A stretch of DNA of 63,765 nucleotides, counting the filler, from Salisapilia sapeloensis CBS 127946 (lineage: Eukaryota; Protista; Oomycota), in the NCBI GenBank assembly GCA_023334545.1. It is 5 parts of 5 records of this genome, joined end to end, with 100 filler letters (N's around TTAATTAATTAA, not from the genome) between each part and the next. Parts side by side here need not be neighbours in the genome. Positions count along the whole stretch, not along the records: positions 1 to 15,184 come from JAADVB010000373.1; 4 more parts are not named here. The stretch is one strand, 5' to 3'. The translations under genes and the position numbers were made by a program. Of the stretch, positions 1 through 13,600 are shown in pieces. Below the pieces are notes generated by a model. That model did not search any database. It was not told the DNA's origin and saw only the letters and a list, made by a program, of their open reading frames with translations. Each line of letters starts with the position of its first letter. Position 1 is the stretch's first letter.

Positions 1-404
1 CGTCTCAGCTACCATTCCGACTCCCATCGAGCCATACACCGGACGCGAACCGTGTCTAGGTAGGAAAGAGAACGGAACATGCACGCACTGGATTCAACTA
101 GAGTCCAGATATATTTTCGATACTTTCTGGGTGTGGCATTTTCGTTCCTTCGTTCTATCGTCAAATGGCCAGTTTCAGTCTCGCAGGAGACACTTCTGCT
201 TAATCTTCACTCCTAAGATCGAATAAGCTTTTCAGATGCTGCTACTGTCAAATCGTAACCTCGAGTCCTGGCCGCACTTTTGGCGCTTGGTGTCTCGATA
301 TAACCACATCTTTAACTGTTCATTTGTATATCTATGTAGATAATATAAACGGACAAGCTCTTATTCCCGCCTTTTTGCCATCCATAGACCAAACAACAGT
401 CAAA

Positions 405-1540
405 ATGGAGACTCGAACGAGCCACTCATTAGATGCCGTTGGGAAGGAAGAGATCGATGCGTTGCTAGATTTTGACATTCCAGAGTCTATCGCCAAGATC
501 TATGAGCTTCCTTCTGGCCCATTCAGCGGTCCAGTCGAACGAGATCCGTGGTTTAACCACGTCCATGACATCAGCAAGCCGACTTGGCAAATGGAAGATG
601 AGGAAAAAGCCTTAATCAAACGCATCCGGCGGCGCCGATCTTCATCAAGTGCTTCGGCAAAGTCTCACCGAAAAAGCAGCTTGTCTAGACACTCTAATTC
701 CTCCGCCAATACGCCAGGTGAAAGCGCGAAAGCCAAACGTGTCTCCTTCCCGACCCAAAAGACCATCTCCCACGCCATTGCCGATACAAAGTATGTATTC
801 AATGGTCTATGTCAACTATTGCATGGAAATTTACTGTTTGAATGGTAGATCTCGTCGTGTGCGTCGTCAAGTGAACAAGGAAGAGGAAAAGGAAGCTGTA
901 TCGGAAACTCGAGAATCGAGTACAAGTCGTCCGATGAAAAGGACACGAGGTGGTTTGACTGCTCCTACATTCTCTTTCCGGCAAAAACAATTGTCCTTAT
1001 CTCAATCGTCCAAACCGGAGTGGAATGCATCTACACATCGTCAACCATTAAAAGAGATCAAGTCTTCAGCTTTAAACAAGTCGACGGAAAAGAAAACCAA
1101 AGTTTTGTCACAGTCCCATAAGAAGCGGCCATTTCAACCGATGAAGAACAGCATTTTTGACGAAAGTGCCATTGGTGCAAAGAAGCAAAAAGTTAAACAC
1201 AAAAGTGTGCATGAGAAAATGTCAATGACCGTTCGAAGTACCAAGACGACTGCTACCAAGAAAAAGGACGCAAAGCCAAGTCTGGAGCAGAAAGTCATGG
1301 AGCACAACAAAAAGTGCAAGTCTGTTGCCAAGTACGAACCTCCACATCACTCCGTTCGGGACGTCAAACAGGTATGTCGCATACTTTTTTATCCTCTAAA
1401 ACAAGTAACTAATTCAAGTGGGCTAGTGGGAACGAGAGACTAATCAGTCGTATTATAAATTGTCCGTGGCAGAACGAACTCAGGCGAATGAAGAAATATC
1501 GAGGTGGAAACGGAATCGTCAAACCGCCTCCACCAGATAG
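405..1540 (+). CDS. Hypothetical Lys/Ser-rich protein, 3 exons (405-790, 849-1371, 1427-1540)
   Basis: ORFs 324-848 and 649-1443 join in frame through a GTATGT..TAG intron (791-848). A second GTATGT..TAG intron (1372-1426) leads to a final exon WERETNQSYYKLSVAERTQANEEISRWKRNRQTASTR*. First plausible ATG at 405. Confidence 0.7.
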
Positions 1541-1610
1541 TCTTCTAGTGTCGCCAATAGCAAATAGTCCAGTCCCGCTTTAACCTTATAAAACCTACTT
1601 TTATTTTCAT

Positions 1611-4600
1611 CTACGTATCGAGCATACATAGCATCGCACAGCCGCGACGGATCCAGTGATCTGGGTCCTTCTCCGTCGGCACGTCCAGGACGACGACAAA
1701 GTTGGTCGAATGGCCAGTTGTCGACAGCGTACCGGCACGAGTAGATGTCTTATAAAGAGGACATTCGTACACGTCCTTTGGATTGTATTCCGCACGTTGC
1801 ATCGGTTTCAGCCAAATGACTGGCATGCGATCAAAAAGTTCATTTGGGATCGATTCAGCCATCATCAGCGCGTCTCGATCGAATCGAGCACCTTCCATGA
1901 ACAGTCCGTATATGTATACACCGAACGGTGGTGGCGTGCTGTACCCTTCCTTGTCCTTCGCAAGCACTTCGGATGCAACAACAAGCGTATCGATAGCATG
2001 AGCCTTTTCACGTGCAAATGACTGCTTCACGGCTGTCATGAAGCCTTGTGGAAAGAAGAAACCAGAGAGCCAGAAGGCGATGGGAGGTCCGTTCGTCAAC
2101 CAATCTTGGATGAAAGCGATACGAGCAAAGAAATCGTCGATCCAGGACGCAAGTGGCTTCAGACACGGGTATCCAGCATTCTCCCATTCCTGTGGAATCT
2201 TTTGGATTAAGAAACCATTATACATCTTCTCCAGTGGTCCAGACATGACAACAAGACCTTTAATTGCTCTTTTCAAGTTCTCTAGCGTTGCTTTCATGAC
2301 TTGGATTAATGCGTTAAAACGGATCATCTCTTGAGAGAGGAAGACACCGAGGGAATTGCGACTTCCACCAGGTCCAGTCGCAAATGTAGATTCATGCGCT
2401 TGGTTTTCAGAAAAGAGACCTGGCATACGGTTTTGGATGGCAACGACCATATCCATCACGACTTCATCCGTCGACTTTTCGCTGTCACCACCCTCCGAGC
2501 CACCACCACTACTGCCCGACATCTTGAGTATCGTATGCAGCATCGACCCAGTCTCTTTCTGCTGGAACGTAATGTCTGCATTGGCATGTAAACCGAAGAT
2601 CTCTGGTGTATCGACTGCTGGAAGGTTGTTCACATACTCTCGTACACCGTCTAATGTACTGCTTTTCGGAGCATAATAAGTACCGCTAGGTGTGAATCGA
2701 TAATCATCGTCCATAATATTTGGGCAGAAAAGCTTGCGCATGATACTCGAGTTGGTCCGTTTGTCCCATCGATCGGTAATCCGGCCGCCGTACGATATAT
2801 CAGCGACCATCACGTTCAATGTCACATACGGCACTTGCTCCTGCTCTTCGAGATACAGTCGCACCTGTTGCATGCCAGTCTTCAAGTCACTGTTCATCCA
2901 TTCGTACGGGATATTCCATCCTACAGCACCAAACTTTCGACGTTCTAGACATACAGCATTATAAAAAGCCAACGCGAACAAGAGTTTTTTGAATTGTCGA
3001 GGCTTGGAGATACAGGCTTCAAAGTCGCTGTCTTTCATATCCAAAAACGTTCGTTTGAGGTTCGCACGAATACCTTTCGGTGGTTCATTCGTAATTTTAA
3101 TGCCGTTTTGGAGTATCGGGACAGGGAACCGAGGGCTTGGCATACTTGTGAGCCAAAGTCGGAACTCTGGATGCAACTCTTCACTTCCAAAGCCTTCTAG
3201 AAGTTGTTCCAGTCGACCAAGCCACGAAACAGCCAAGTGACAGTTCTGGAGACATACCCAATCGCCACTTTGTTTGGCTTGAGCCATCAAAGCTTCAGCG
3301 ATCGGGCCTTGACCTTGTCCGAGGGAGATGATTTTGAGTCCAGGGCCGTCCTTACCCTCTATCTTGGCTAGTTCTAGTAAATAGTCGTTGATGTCAGCAC
3401 CAGGAGATAGCACAAAGATGAGTGGTGTCTCTGGATTGGAATCCTTGTAGCAGCCAGCGAGGTCGAACGGTGGAGACTCTGTGAAGAACGATCCGACTTC
3501 ACGACCGACAAATTCACGTGTGCCAAAAAGCAGCATTTCTTCTCGGAAGACGCGTAGGACGAGCAGACGTTGGAAGTTTGTGAGCTTCGTATCCCAAGGA
3601 TCGGGCAGTTTCTCTGCATGTGGAAGCTCCGACTCCATCATGACCTTCCTCCAAGCTTCTTGATGCTTCACAACTGCTGCAGGGAGCTCATCAAACACAG
3701 TCGAGATATCAGGAAGACCTGTGAGTCCCTTCCACACTCGATCCGCAACCCACGTAGGTCTTGGCAATCCGGAGGCATCAGCTGCGGCAGCTTGTACGTC
3801 TGAAGTACGCTTATCACCAACAAGATAATAGTTCCATTCGCTACTAGAAATAGCACCAGCCTGTCTTAAGATGCTGCTAGCGATTATGAATGCATACACG
3901 AGTTTATCTTTTTCAAACAACCCTCGACAGACATTCACAAACATGGATTTTGTAATATCTTCCATCAAGATGTCCAATCTTTCAGACAAAACATCGGACT
4001 GAGTGGATGATTCAAGTCGCATTACAAACAACTTCTGGTAGAATTGAAGTGAGTACTGGTACATTGGATCAACCATCGCCAAACTCGCGATAGCAAAGTA
4101 GATGATGGAGCCTCGGACGGCAACGCAACGGTAGCCTTCGCGTGTTTGATCGATTTCCAAAGACGTTGTCTCCGCTTCGGCCATGCGTACCTTGATCGCT
4201 GATGAAGTGACTTTACTATGCGCAAGAGTTTCGATCAGCTCTTCATCATCCAAAATGTTGCCTTGGGAGTTTTCTAGCATGTAAAGGATCTTATCTTCCA
4301 ATTCCTTTAGCTGCTTCTTATCAGCGGCAATATTGATCGTTAACTCGTTCTTCTTTTGCTCCAAATCCGGACGTTCATTGCGTACAACGTCGACGAGAAG
4401 CTGATCTTCAAGACCTGTGAGCGTAACGGTGAAATTAATAATGGTAACTTTAATGCAAATCTCTGGCATGTAGTGTGGATTCGCTAGTTTCGTCGTGATG
4501 TAAAAGCGGAAGTTGTCGCTGTACGGGACGTCACTATCACCAAGACGTAGCAACATCTGCCCTCCACGCTTGAACACTTGCTTCAAAAGCACAGGCTCGA

Positions 4601-7600
4601 GAGATGGATCTAGTTCCTCTTCTACATTCTCTAGTAACACAGGAGCACCGTACCTTACAGCATTCTCGAGTGTCCGAAGAAAGTCTTTTTGGGTGAGTTT
4701 GATCATCTGAAGTGAGTTATCGCTCTTGTACATGTTCTTAATCCACTTATTCGCTTGTCCTTGTGGATCGATCATCAATGGCCAACGACGACCCATTGTT
4801 GTAAAGAGACCGTTTTCAATTGAAAACGTATCTGCTGGAAGTCCCATTAGTGTCCACTCTCTAACGACAACTGGGTCGGCTAGTACCCGTTGGAAAGAGA
4901 AGCTACCATCGACAGGTAACTGACTGTTATGACAGTAGGAAACCCACTTTTCTTGTAGCTTATGACGATACTCTGCGGTGAACGGTCCCAAGTACGCAAT
5001 GCACCCAGCCGATAGGATCATGTTGCCCACTAAGTTGACCATATCAATCGCTAAAGCTTCCGCACATTCTTTCCATCTACCCTGTTCTTCTCCGAGAGAA
5101 TCAATAAGCGTCTCCGCCCGTACTAATTGTGCCTGTGTCTTTAAAGCTTGGTTTTCCAAGTCCACTTTCTTCTGCTGCGCTTCTTCCAGCGTGCGTTTAA
5201 GCTGTGCTACTTTATCCAAGATTTCTTTTAAACCTGCTTGCTTGACAGCCAAGTCTGCTTGTTCTTTTTCAAGCCGCTCTTCAGCTGTACGTAGGTTCTC
5301 TTTCTTCGGCGCAATGTTCTTCGCAACGGTATCATACGTATACATTGCTCTTGCCCACATACATAGTGACATGGCTGCTGTGGAAATACTGCTTAGTGTT
5401 TCAGGTGTAAATTCTTCATCTGCCATGAATTTGGCCAACTGTTTGATCGTTTTCGGAGGAATATTATCCTTGTCATAGTCTTTTAACTTATCTAGAAACT
5501 TCATGTCATTCAGCAGTTTCTTTGCTTCATTCCATTCTTGCTTTACGCCAAAGAGTAGACACACGGCGTTCATCGTGACACCGACCATACGCGGTGGGTT
5601 TGTGAACGACTTTAAGACAGTGATATCATCCTTCTTTAGCTGAGATAAAGCTTTAATGGATGCATAGTACGCAGGCATGGCCTCATCTAAATCCTTTTGA
5701 CAGTCGTCTTTAATCGCTTTCACTTCTGCTGCAATCTTACTCGCAGCTTCTACATCCGCTTGGACAAATTGCTGCTGTTTATCTGCTTCTTTCTGATCAA
5801 TTTCCACTTGTACAAGCAACGCTGACGTCTCTTCCTGAGCTTTAACTAGCGTAGGCTGCATCTCTGTGAGTTGAATCTTTAGATTTCCTACAATATCCTC
5901 TGTCTCGGCAAGTTTCTTTAATCCACCACGATATCTCGCTTCTTTGCTACGTACAAGTTGTCGATGCGTTCGAAGCATATCGACATACAGCTTAATCAGC
6001 TCTAAGTAACTTGTTGGCGTAGTGTAATTGCGTCGATGCAGCTCCTTATAAAAGCTTTCCGTTGCGTCTTCCACGCTACGGTGAATAGTCACTGCCATTT
6101 TACACAGGGTTCCTACATGCGCTTCAATCCCAAGTTCCTCTGCGCTCGCAGCAAAGAACCTTTCCGCAACAGAGTTTAGAGCATCTTCAGGCCATGCATT
6201 GAACCAGTCGATCGTACAGCAGTTGACGAGAGATGGGAACATTCGACATCGGTTTCGGAATCCATCTCCGATCGGAGACATAGCTAACACGACATGAAGA
6301 TTCTCTCGAACGAGCGTAATATAATGCTGGAGAATATCTTCTCGAGTCACTTTGCCCACTTTCTCAGCAATCGGTCGAACCATACTGACAATCTTCTCCA
6401 ATTCGTCTGAAGCATACAAGTTGGGGACGTCACCAGTGTTCAAGATATTGTTAATGTCTTCCAAGAAAGACTCTTGGACGATCTGGGCATCAGAAAAGAG
6501 AAACACAACAGGCTTGTTCTCTGCTCCTGCTGTCATAAGTACCTTTTTCAAGTCTTCATGAAACTCATTCGAGCCATAACCACGTGTGATTTCAATCGAA
6601 AAGCATTTAAAGTCAGCCATGAACGCTGCGAGGCGTGTGAGACTCTGTCGACCAGACCCACCAACGCCAACCAAGAGAGCATTTCCTCGTGGTTGACGAA
6701 GTACACGGCATATGCGAGAAATATGATGGATGGCGTCGTTGAAAAAGACTAAATGCATCTGACTAGGAAACGTGATGTTGTACTCTTCCAAGTACTCTGC
6801 CAGCAAAGCACTCATTTGCCCAATGTCATCCACCGCTTTGTACGACTTGTTCTCTCGTGTCAAGTAATCACCATACAATACGTTCTCAAACTTTTCCACT
6901 GGCCAGTTCGTATGTACGTACGTTTCCATTAGCTCTGCACATGCTTGATTAAACCATTGTCTGTCCTCTGCGTTCGTTAATCGATCTCGAAATACGCGGG
7001 CTTCTTCGTGAAGCCAAAGCTTAAGCAACGTTTCTTCGTTCGGGACATTCTCCTTACTTACCATGAGTACACCTTGGAACACTTTGCTCAAGTCTCGCAG
7101 ATTAAAAGTGTAATGGGACTTTGAAGGCGTCGGTAGCATCTCTTCTTCTACACGTTGGTATAGCGCAACGGATGCATCGACGATTGGTCCGGCCATCTGA
7201 GCCAGCATTGGCGCTTCGGCATTTAAGAAGCCACCTAGAATGGATGCAAAGATTGTTTTCATCACGTCTGGAGACAGATTCGGTAGCCAGACCATGTGGA
7301 AGTGACGGAGAAGACGAGGTGTAACTTCGCTGCGTCCACCGCCAGGAGGTGCGCAAGCCGCTGCAAAGATGACGTCGCTTACGTTTTTAAAAAACATCTT
7401 ACTAGTATCATAGAAACCTCCTTGATCAATCACTTGTCTTAGTAGCTCATTTGGAGGCTGTGCACCATACTCTTCCAATGCTGGCATATTCAAGTCGTCC
7501 ACAAAGAAAAGCATGGTCTTACCGACTGGAGGACCCAGCAGATTCTTCCGCTTCTTTTCCAATCGAATCTCAAACTGCTCATTCAAATTCCGTGGCTTGG

Positions 7601-10600
7601 TCTGAGCAGAGTATCCCATCGTATTCGTAATTGACGTCTCCTCCTTCAACATATCGTCAAGAAAGGATTGAATGATGACAGATTTGCCAACACCAGTCTC
7701 GCCACTGTATAGCACATGATGTTTGGTTAGAAGCAGTTTCTCCAACAAGTGTCGGAAGCGAGTGGTATTTTTCGTTGGAACGATCATGTTGAAATACGAA
7801 GTGCCAGGGACATAGTTAAAGTTCGGCGTCTTGTGAGTCCATGATACCCATTGATTCGTCAATTCATCCACAACGACGTCATACACGTCGGTTACAGGTT
7901 GTAAACTATTGCTTCCGTCTCCAACAATCAGCTCTTCAAAGTTGGTTAAACAGAACTGATTAAACTTCGGACGAGATGCGTCGTCAATATTCGCACCGAC
8001 AGACCACGTCATGGAGAAGACAAAGTACATTTTAAGCAGCGCTGCCAGGTCGACGACAGTCCCAGATCCGGATCGAGTCGGATTGCCACCTTCTGCTGTT
8101 TCAGCGGCACTTTTTAAGCATGAAGCTAGGAGATTAAGACAGCTCTGCATCAAATTCGCATTATTACTCGGGATCTTCTCCCTGCAATTGTCACGTACAA
8201 ACTGAATGGCAATGGGAACGTGGCGTTCAATGAGCCCCAGCAGCATATCACCAAGTTCCACAGCGTTTAAAATTGAATCCAAGACTAAACTTCGCCATGA
8301 ACGAGCCAACGACGTTAGACCAATGTGTACTTGCTCCATGTAGACCATGCCACATCGACTGACCGTTGCAGGTGATGCGACGCGCAAGTCTTGTACTTCA
8401 AACATCATGTGAAGCGTTGATGGGAGTTTAATCCGCTCACTATTTGACAGGCATAACGTCTTGTTATCATCGAGGACGGTGTTCATGTTCTCAATCCACA
8501 CCGCGTCCACGGGTCCATCGAATACAACCCACTGCCGAGCATCGTTCTCAGCTGCAGACTGTACGCATTGACGCACGAGCTTTGGGACTAAACCATCCGT
8601 CCATTCGTTCGTCAACAAATTGAATTCACCGTACAACTGCCCAGCAGAGATCGACTTTGGATTCAACGTCATGCGCGTAACTTCCTTGTAGAACCCATCG
8701 CGATCGACGACGCCATCATGGAAGAGCTGTGTCAACGCTCTTGCCAACACGTCAGAGTTCGTCGTCTTTCCACTTCCGGCTTCACCCACGAGCATCATAC
8801 CGTGACGGACAAGCTGTGTCTCATGGACTTGGATGGCCTTCGCGATAAAAGAAGGGACTAGCTGCAGTTGTAGCAGGTTCATTTGATTCTCAATAGCCTG
8901 TTGGAGCACACCATAGTCCACAAACGGCACCACCACACCTGGAAATAAGTCTGCAATGATACCACGAAACAACGGTAGATCTTGTTCGAGAAACTTGGGT
9001 ACGTTAGAGTCTCGCATTGCTCGAATCAGTAGCAAGTCCTCGTGCATCTCTGGTTCCTTTCGTTTCAGCTGTCCAGCAGCTACAAGTACCGACTTGACGG
9101 CGCGCATACCAAAGTCATAATGATCCTGCTTGGACAGTTGTTCACTCGATAGTGAGTATAGCTGTGTCATCTTATGCGACAGTGGTAATGCATTGGCAAA
9201 CCCTTCGGAGAAGAGGACGATCTCAGCGATAAGACGGTAGTCAGGTACCATCATCGCGACAGGGCGGAAGAGCGCTTTCAGATTATCTGGAAGCTCGGTA
9301 CGACCAGCGTAGCCTGGGTTCATGGTAATAAACACGCCAAAGCCCTTGTTCAACGGGATCATTGTGCCTTCAAAGTCAAACGTACTCACGTCGGCTATGA
9401 TGGCTTGCTGGATGCACAACACTTGCTGCGCTATGACCGAAAGTACTTCAATGTCGATGCGATTAAACTCATCAAAACACGCCCAAGCACCAGCTTGAGC
9501 CAGACCGGAGAAGAATCGCCCCATGATCTTATAATCCAGTCCGTCGGAGCAATTGAACACGACACATTGAACCGCCAAAGCTTTGGCAAGGTCCTTGGTA
9601 GTCTCCGTCTTGCCTGTGCCTGCTGGACCTGCAGGCGCTCCACCGAGACGAAGATGGAGTGCTCCAGTTAGTGTCATGTAACAAATGTCTGTCAAAGGAG
9701 TAATGACCAGACGAGGCGAGTTGCCTAGGTACTCGTAGCCGTAGATAAACCGCGTGTTTGTTTGTCTAGCGACAAAGTTTTGAACATCATCTTCCCAATA
9801 GTAGCGCAACTGACGCGTCCACTCAAAATCGCTAAGTGATGACACACCAGTTTCATCCAGAGTACGCACAACGTCTCGAGCATGGACGTCGATGGTGATA
9901 ATAGCACCCATGAGAATGCGCTGGAGCTTAGTCAACGGACCACGCACGAGCTGAACCATACCATCGATCTGCTTTAAGCTAAACTGCAGGAAGCCATCAA
10001 TAGCACGAGGATCGTTGCCATTCTCTACTTGCATGATGGCTTGTGTCACATTTCTCGTCCAGAACACTTGGTCGACGAGGATCACATCCTGCGCTGCAAA
10101 GCCAAAGAGCCAATCCTTTCGGTCGAGTGCGTCTTCAATCGGATACTCCTTCAACGCCCGAACAGCGTCTTCGTACAGCCCAGCACGCATTGCCTTTTCC
10201 ACATCCACCAACCACATTTCCACCGGCCCTTGCGCCGTCACATGATTGGGAAACGCCACCACTTCTCCTTCCCCACTGACCATCGCATCCACCATTGGAG
10301 CACCTGACCCACTAGCATCCGTCTCCATGAAGCGAATGCTCTTGATCGCATCAAAGCATTTCATTAAATGTGGTTGGACAGCACGCGGATCTCTTGTCTG
10401 CGAAAGGATTTCCAAAAGCTCATCGTTGGATAAAAAGTAGAAACGTGGAAAGCCCATACGCTTCGTTTCTAAGTAGTCTTCCAAGGACTTTTGTATCTCT
10501 TCCAACACTTCATTCGATAGTTTGAACTGATCCAAGAGTTCAGGCCCAGCACTGACAGAACGAATGACGCTAGGCTCTGTACTTGTACGCATCATGACTG

Positions 10601-13600
10601 CTTTCCAGTTCTTATCGACCATGGCAAACTTTTGTGCTTCCACTGGGAGTTGCTTTTGAATATCTTCAGCACAAAAGATCGTTTCCAAGTACATCCAACC
10701 GCGTTGACAGGCAATCCATTCATCCAGTGTTTCTGACAGCAGCGCTAATTTCTTACTCCAAAGCTCCACTTCGTCCTTCACGCCCATGATGAAGCGGGAC
10801 CCCATCATGGTTTGTAGTGTCACTTGGTTGTCTTCGAGTAACGTCAAAATGTCTTCTAGACTGCCAAGAATGAACACGTCGCTCTGGTCGCGATGGTTTA
10901 AGCAAGTGAACTCCATCTCATCCCACCCCTGTCGAATCTTCAGCAACGATGCCTCGATCTGTGCTTCTCCTGACGCCGCAGCAGACACTTCTGATACGAG
11001 GTCTTTCATATCCAAGACTTCATACGCAATGAGATTTTCAAGCGTAAAGTGGATGCCTGGGTACCATGGTTGGCGTAGTGCTTTGAAGATCTTTTCCCAG
11101 TGTCGATCTTTCATTGCAGGGTTTCCTAATTCCAAGAACACTGGCGTCTTCAATTTAAAGTCTGCCGTCCGGTCCTTCAGTATGGCTGTGACATCATTGC
11201 TAAGTTTCTTATGCATAGAGTACGCGTCTTTAAACGCGACAGCTACTTCCTTGGCTAGTTCCTCGACATTGACTTCAATAAAGGAACTTGTCATCGAGCC
11301 ACTGTACAAGTCATTCCAATTATCTACATTCGTCCAAAGCGTTTCCACTGTTGTATAGTAATCTTGAGCAGATTGAAGGTTTTCATATTTGAATGGTGCA
11401 ATGTTGAATAGACCCTGATACTCTGTGTACTGCTTGGAGAGTTCATCCAGCTGTACCAGGCGCTGCTTCACATTATCCAACTCGAGCTTAACAGGGGTCG
11501 AGTCTTCGAACTTGTCTCCGTCGATAAAGATACCTGTTTGGAGCTGAGAATGGAGCTGCAAAGCTTGCTCATCCAGCCGCTGGATGTTTGCATCCAACTG
11601 CTGTGTCATATCATCCATCCGGCTCTGGATAAACGTATCGACAGCATCCACTTCTTCCTTATACCTATCCTGTACACTTCTCAAGTCGTCTAGCTGGACC
11701 ATATCCTCGGATGGGATTCGAACACCGTAGCTACCCAGTAGTCGGTACAATTCATCCACAACATTTGTGTTTTTCGTTAAGGACTTTTGCTTTCCTTTCA
11801 ATGTTTGCACACGTTCGACATGACTAGCAAACTCCTTAAGATGCTGAGGACGCTGCAACAAGGTCTGAATGCGTTGCTTGTACTCTCCAAGCTGACCTTT
11901 GCATTTGGATCGAGCAAGATCTTTAATTAATGCTTTCATCGAATCTAACTTGGCTGTCGTCATAGGTATCAACGCTTGCTTGAGCTTTCGACTTTCAACG
12001 TGCAAGATTCCGATCGTCTGACCAGCTCGCATCTTCTCCAACTCTTTCTCCCACGTACTGATCTGTGCCATATCTGCTTTTAACGAGATTACAGTGTGTG
12101 TCCGCTGCGAGTATTCGTCCAAATTCCAGCTTTTGTCGTACTCGAATATCGGACGCACCGTATCGAAGACTTTAACATACTCCTCTGCCTCCATGTAGTC
12201 CGCAGCAACTTTGATAATTAACTCTTTGCGTATTTGATGGAAAGCAGGACTGGATATGATAGTCGATCCGACATGCGGTGGGTCCACAACACAGTTCGCA
12301 ATGTACTGAGCTAATGGACGCAAGTACAAGACGCGAGACACGACGTTGACTGTCGTCACCATATCGTCCGTCATGGTCATGAGTAGATGCTGGATTTGAT
12401 CGGACGTCGGAGAAAATGTTGTGCCTTCATCACTAAAGAAGATGGTCGTTTCGAACAGTCCAGTCTTCCGTGGAGACTTGTTCAGTTCAATGAGAAAGTT
12501 ACGACAGCTTTGAACTGTCAGAGCAACTAAGCTTTCCGCCGTGATGTAGTCTAGCAATCGAATGAATTGAGAGATCATCGACGCTTCTTCCGCCGCTCGT
12601 TTAACCAGGTTCTTTCGATGCTGTTGCTCCGACTTGATTGCCACGATTGACTTCGTCTTATCATTCCGAACAAACCCTTTACTCTCAGCAATCATCTCGA
12701 GGTTCAAATCCGGTTGCTTGGATAGATTCTGAACATCCACACAAACCTTTTGAACGATTGCTTGCAGCTTTTCAATACATGATTCAAACTGTTTCGCAGC
12801 ATCCGCTCGACGTGCAGCCTGGAACTCTACAAAAGCCGAACTTTCGTATGTCTTTTGAGCTCTCAAATCTAGCAATATGACGTTGCTCAACTCGGCACTT
12901 GTGACCTTCTTTGCCTGTAGCAATGGTCCACTAAAGCTCTGCCTCGCGAGAAACAGTCGTGACTGGAGCTTGGCACGTTGTCGAGTAAACAACTTGTAGC
13001 GTACACCTGCTCGCCAACGCGTAAGGCTCTTCAGGACAAGATAGTGCTTAAAGAAACGTAGTGACGTAAGGAGATTAAACAGTGTTGACTGACGCATCCA
13101 CTCTGCCAAAGCAATGAACTCGGATGGCTGACCTGGCTGCACATGCACTAGGCCACTCGCTGACATAGTGAAGTGCTCTTTATTCACATCGTCAGGTGAA
13201 ACGACCGTGAGGTCATACGGACGGAAACGTGTGCCAGTATCAGCTGCATTTAAATGCACGAATTTAATTTCCGAATCGGAACCGTTTCGAGCAAAGAAAG
13301 CAATCGCGTCTTCTCCTGTTTGAAGAAAATCGGTCGCTGAATCCGTAGCCGCGATATTTTTTTCACTAGAAGACTCGAGTAAGGCACTGTTACGAGACGA
13401 GAGTCGCCGGTTGGTCGTTTCACTAGCCGCAGAAGTGTTTACGCCCAATATCTCTCGCACGAACTTTCGTGGTGATTTGTTCTTCACAAACGACGCGTCA
13501 CCAATCTCGTGCACTCCGCTAGTGTCTGACTGATGGATACTAACATCGGAACTTGGTCGAGCCCCTTTAGTCGACTGGGATTGGCGAGATATACTTCGCC

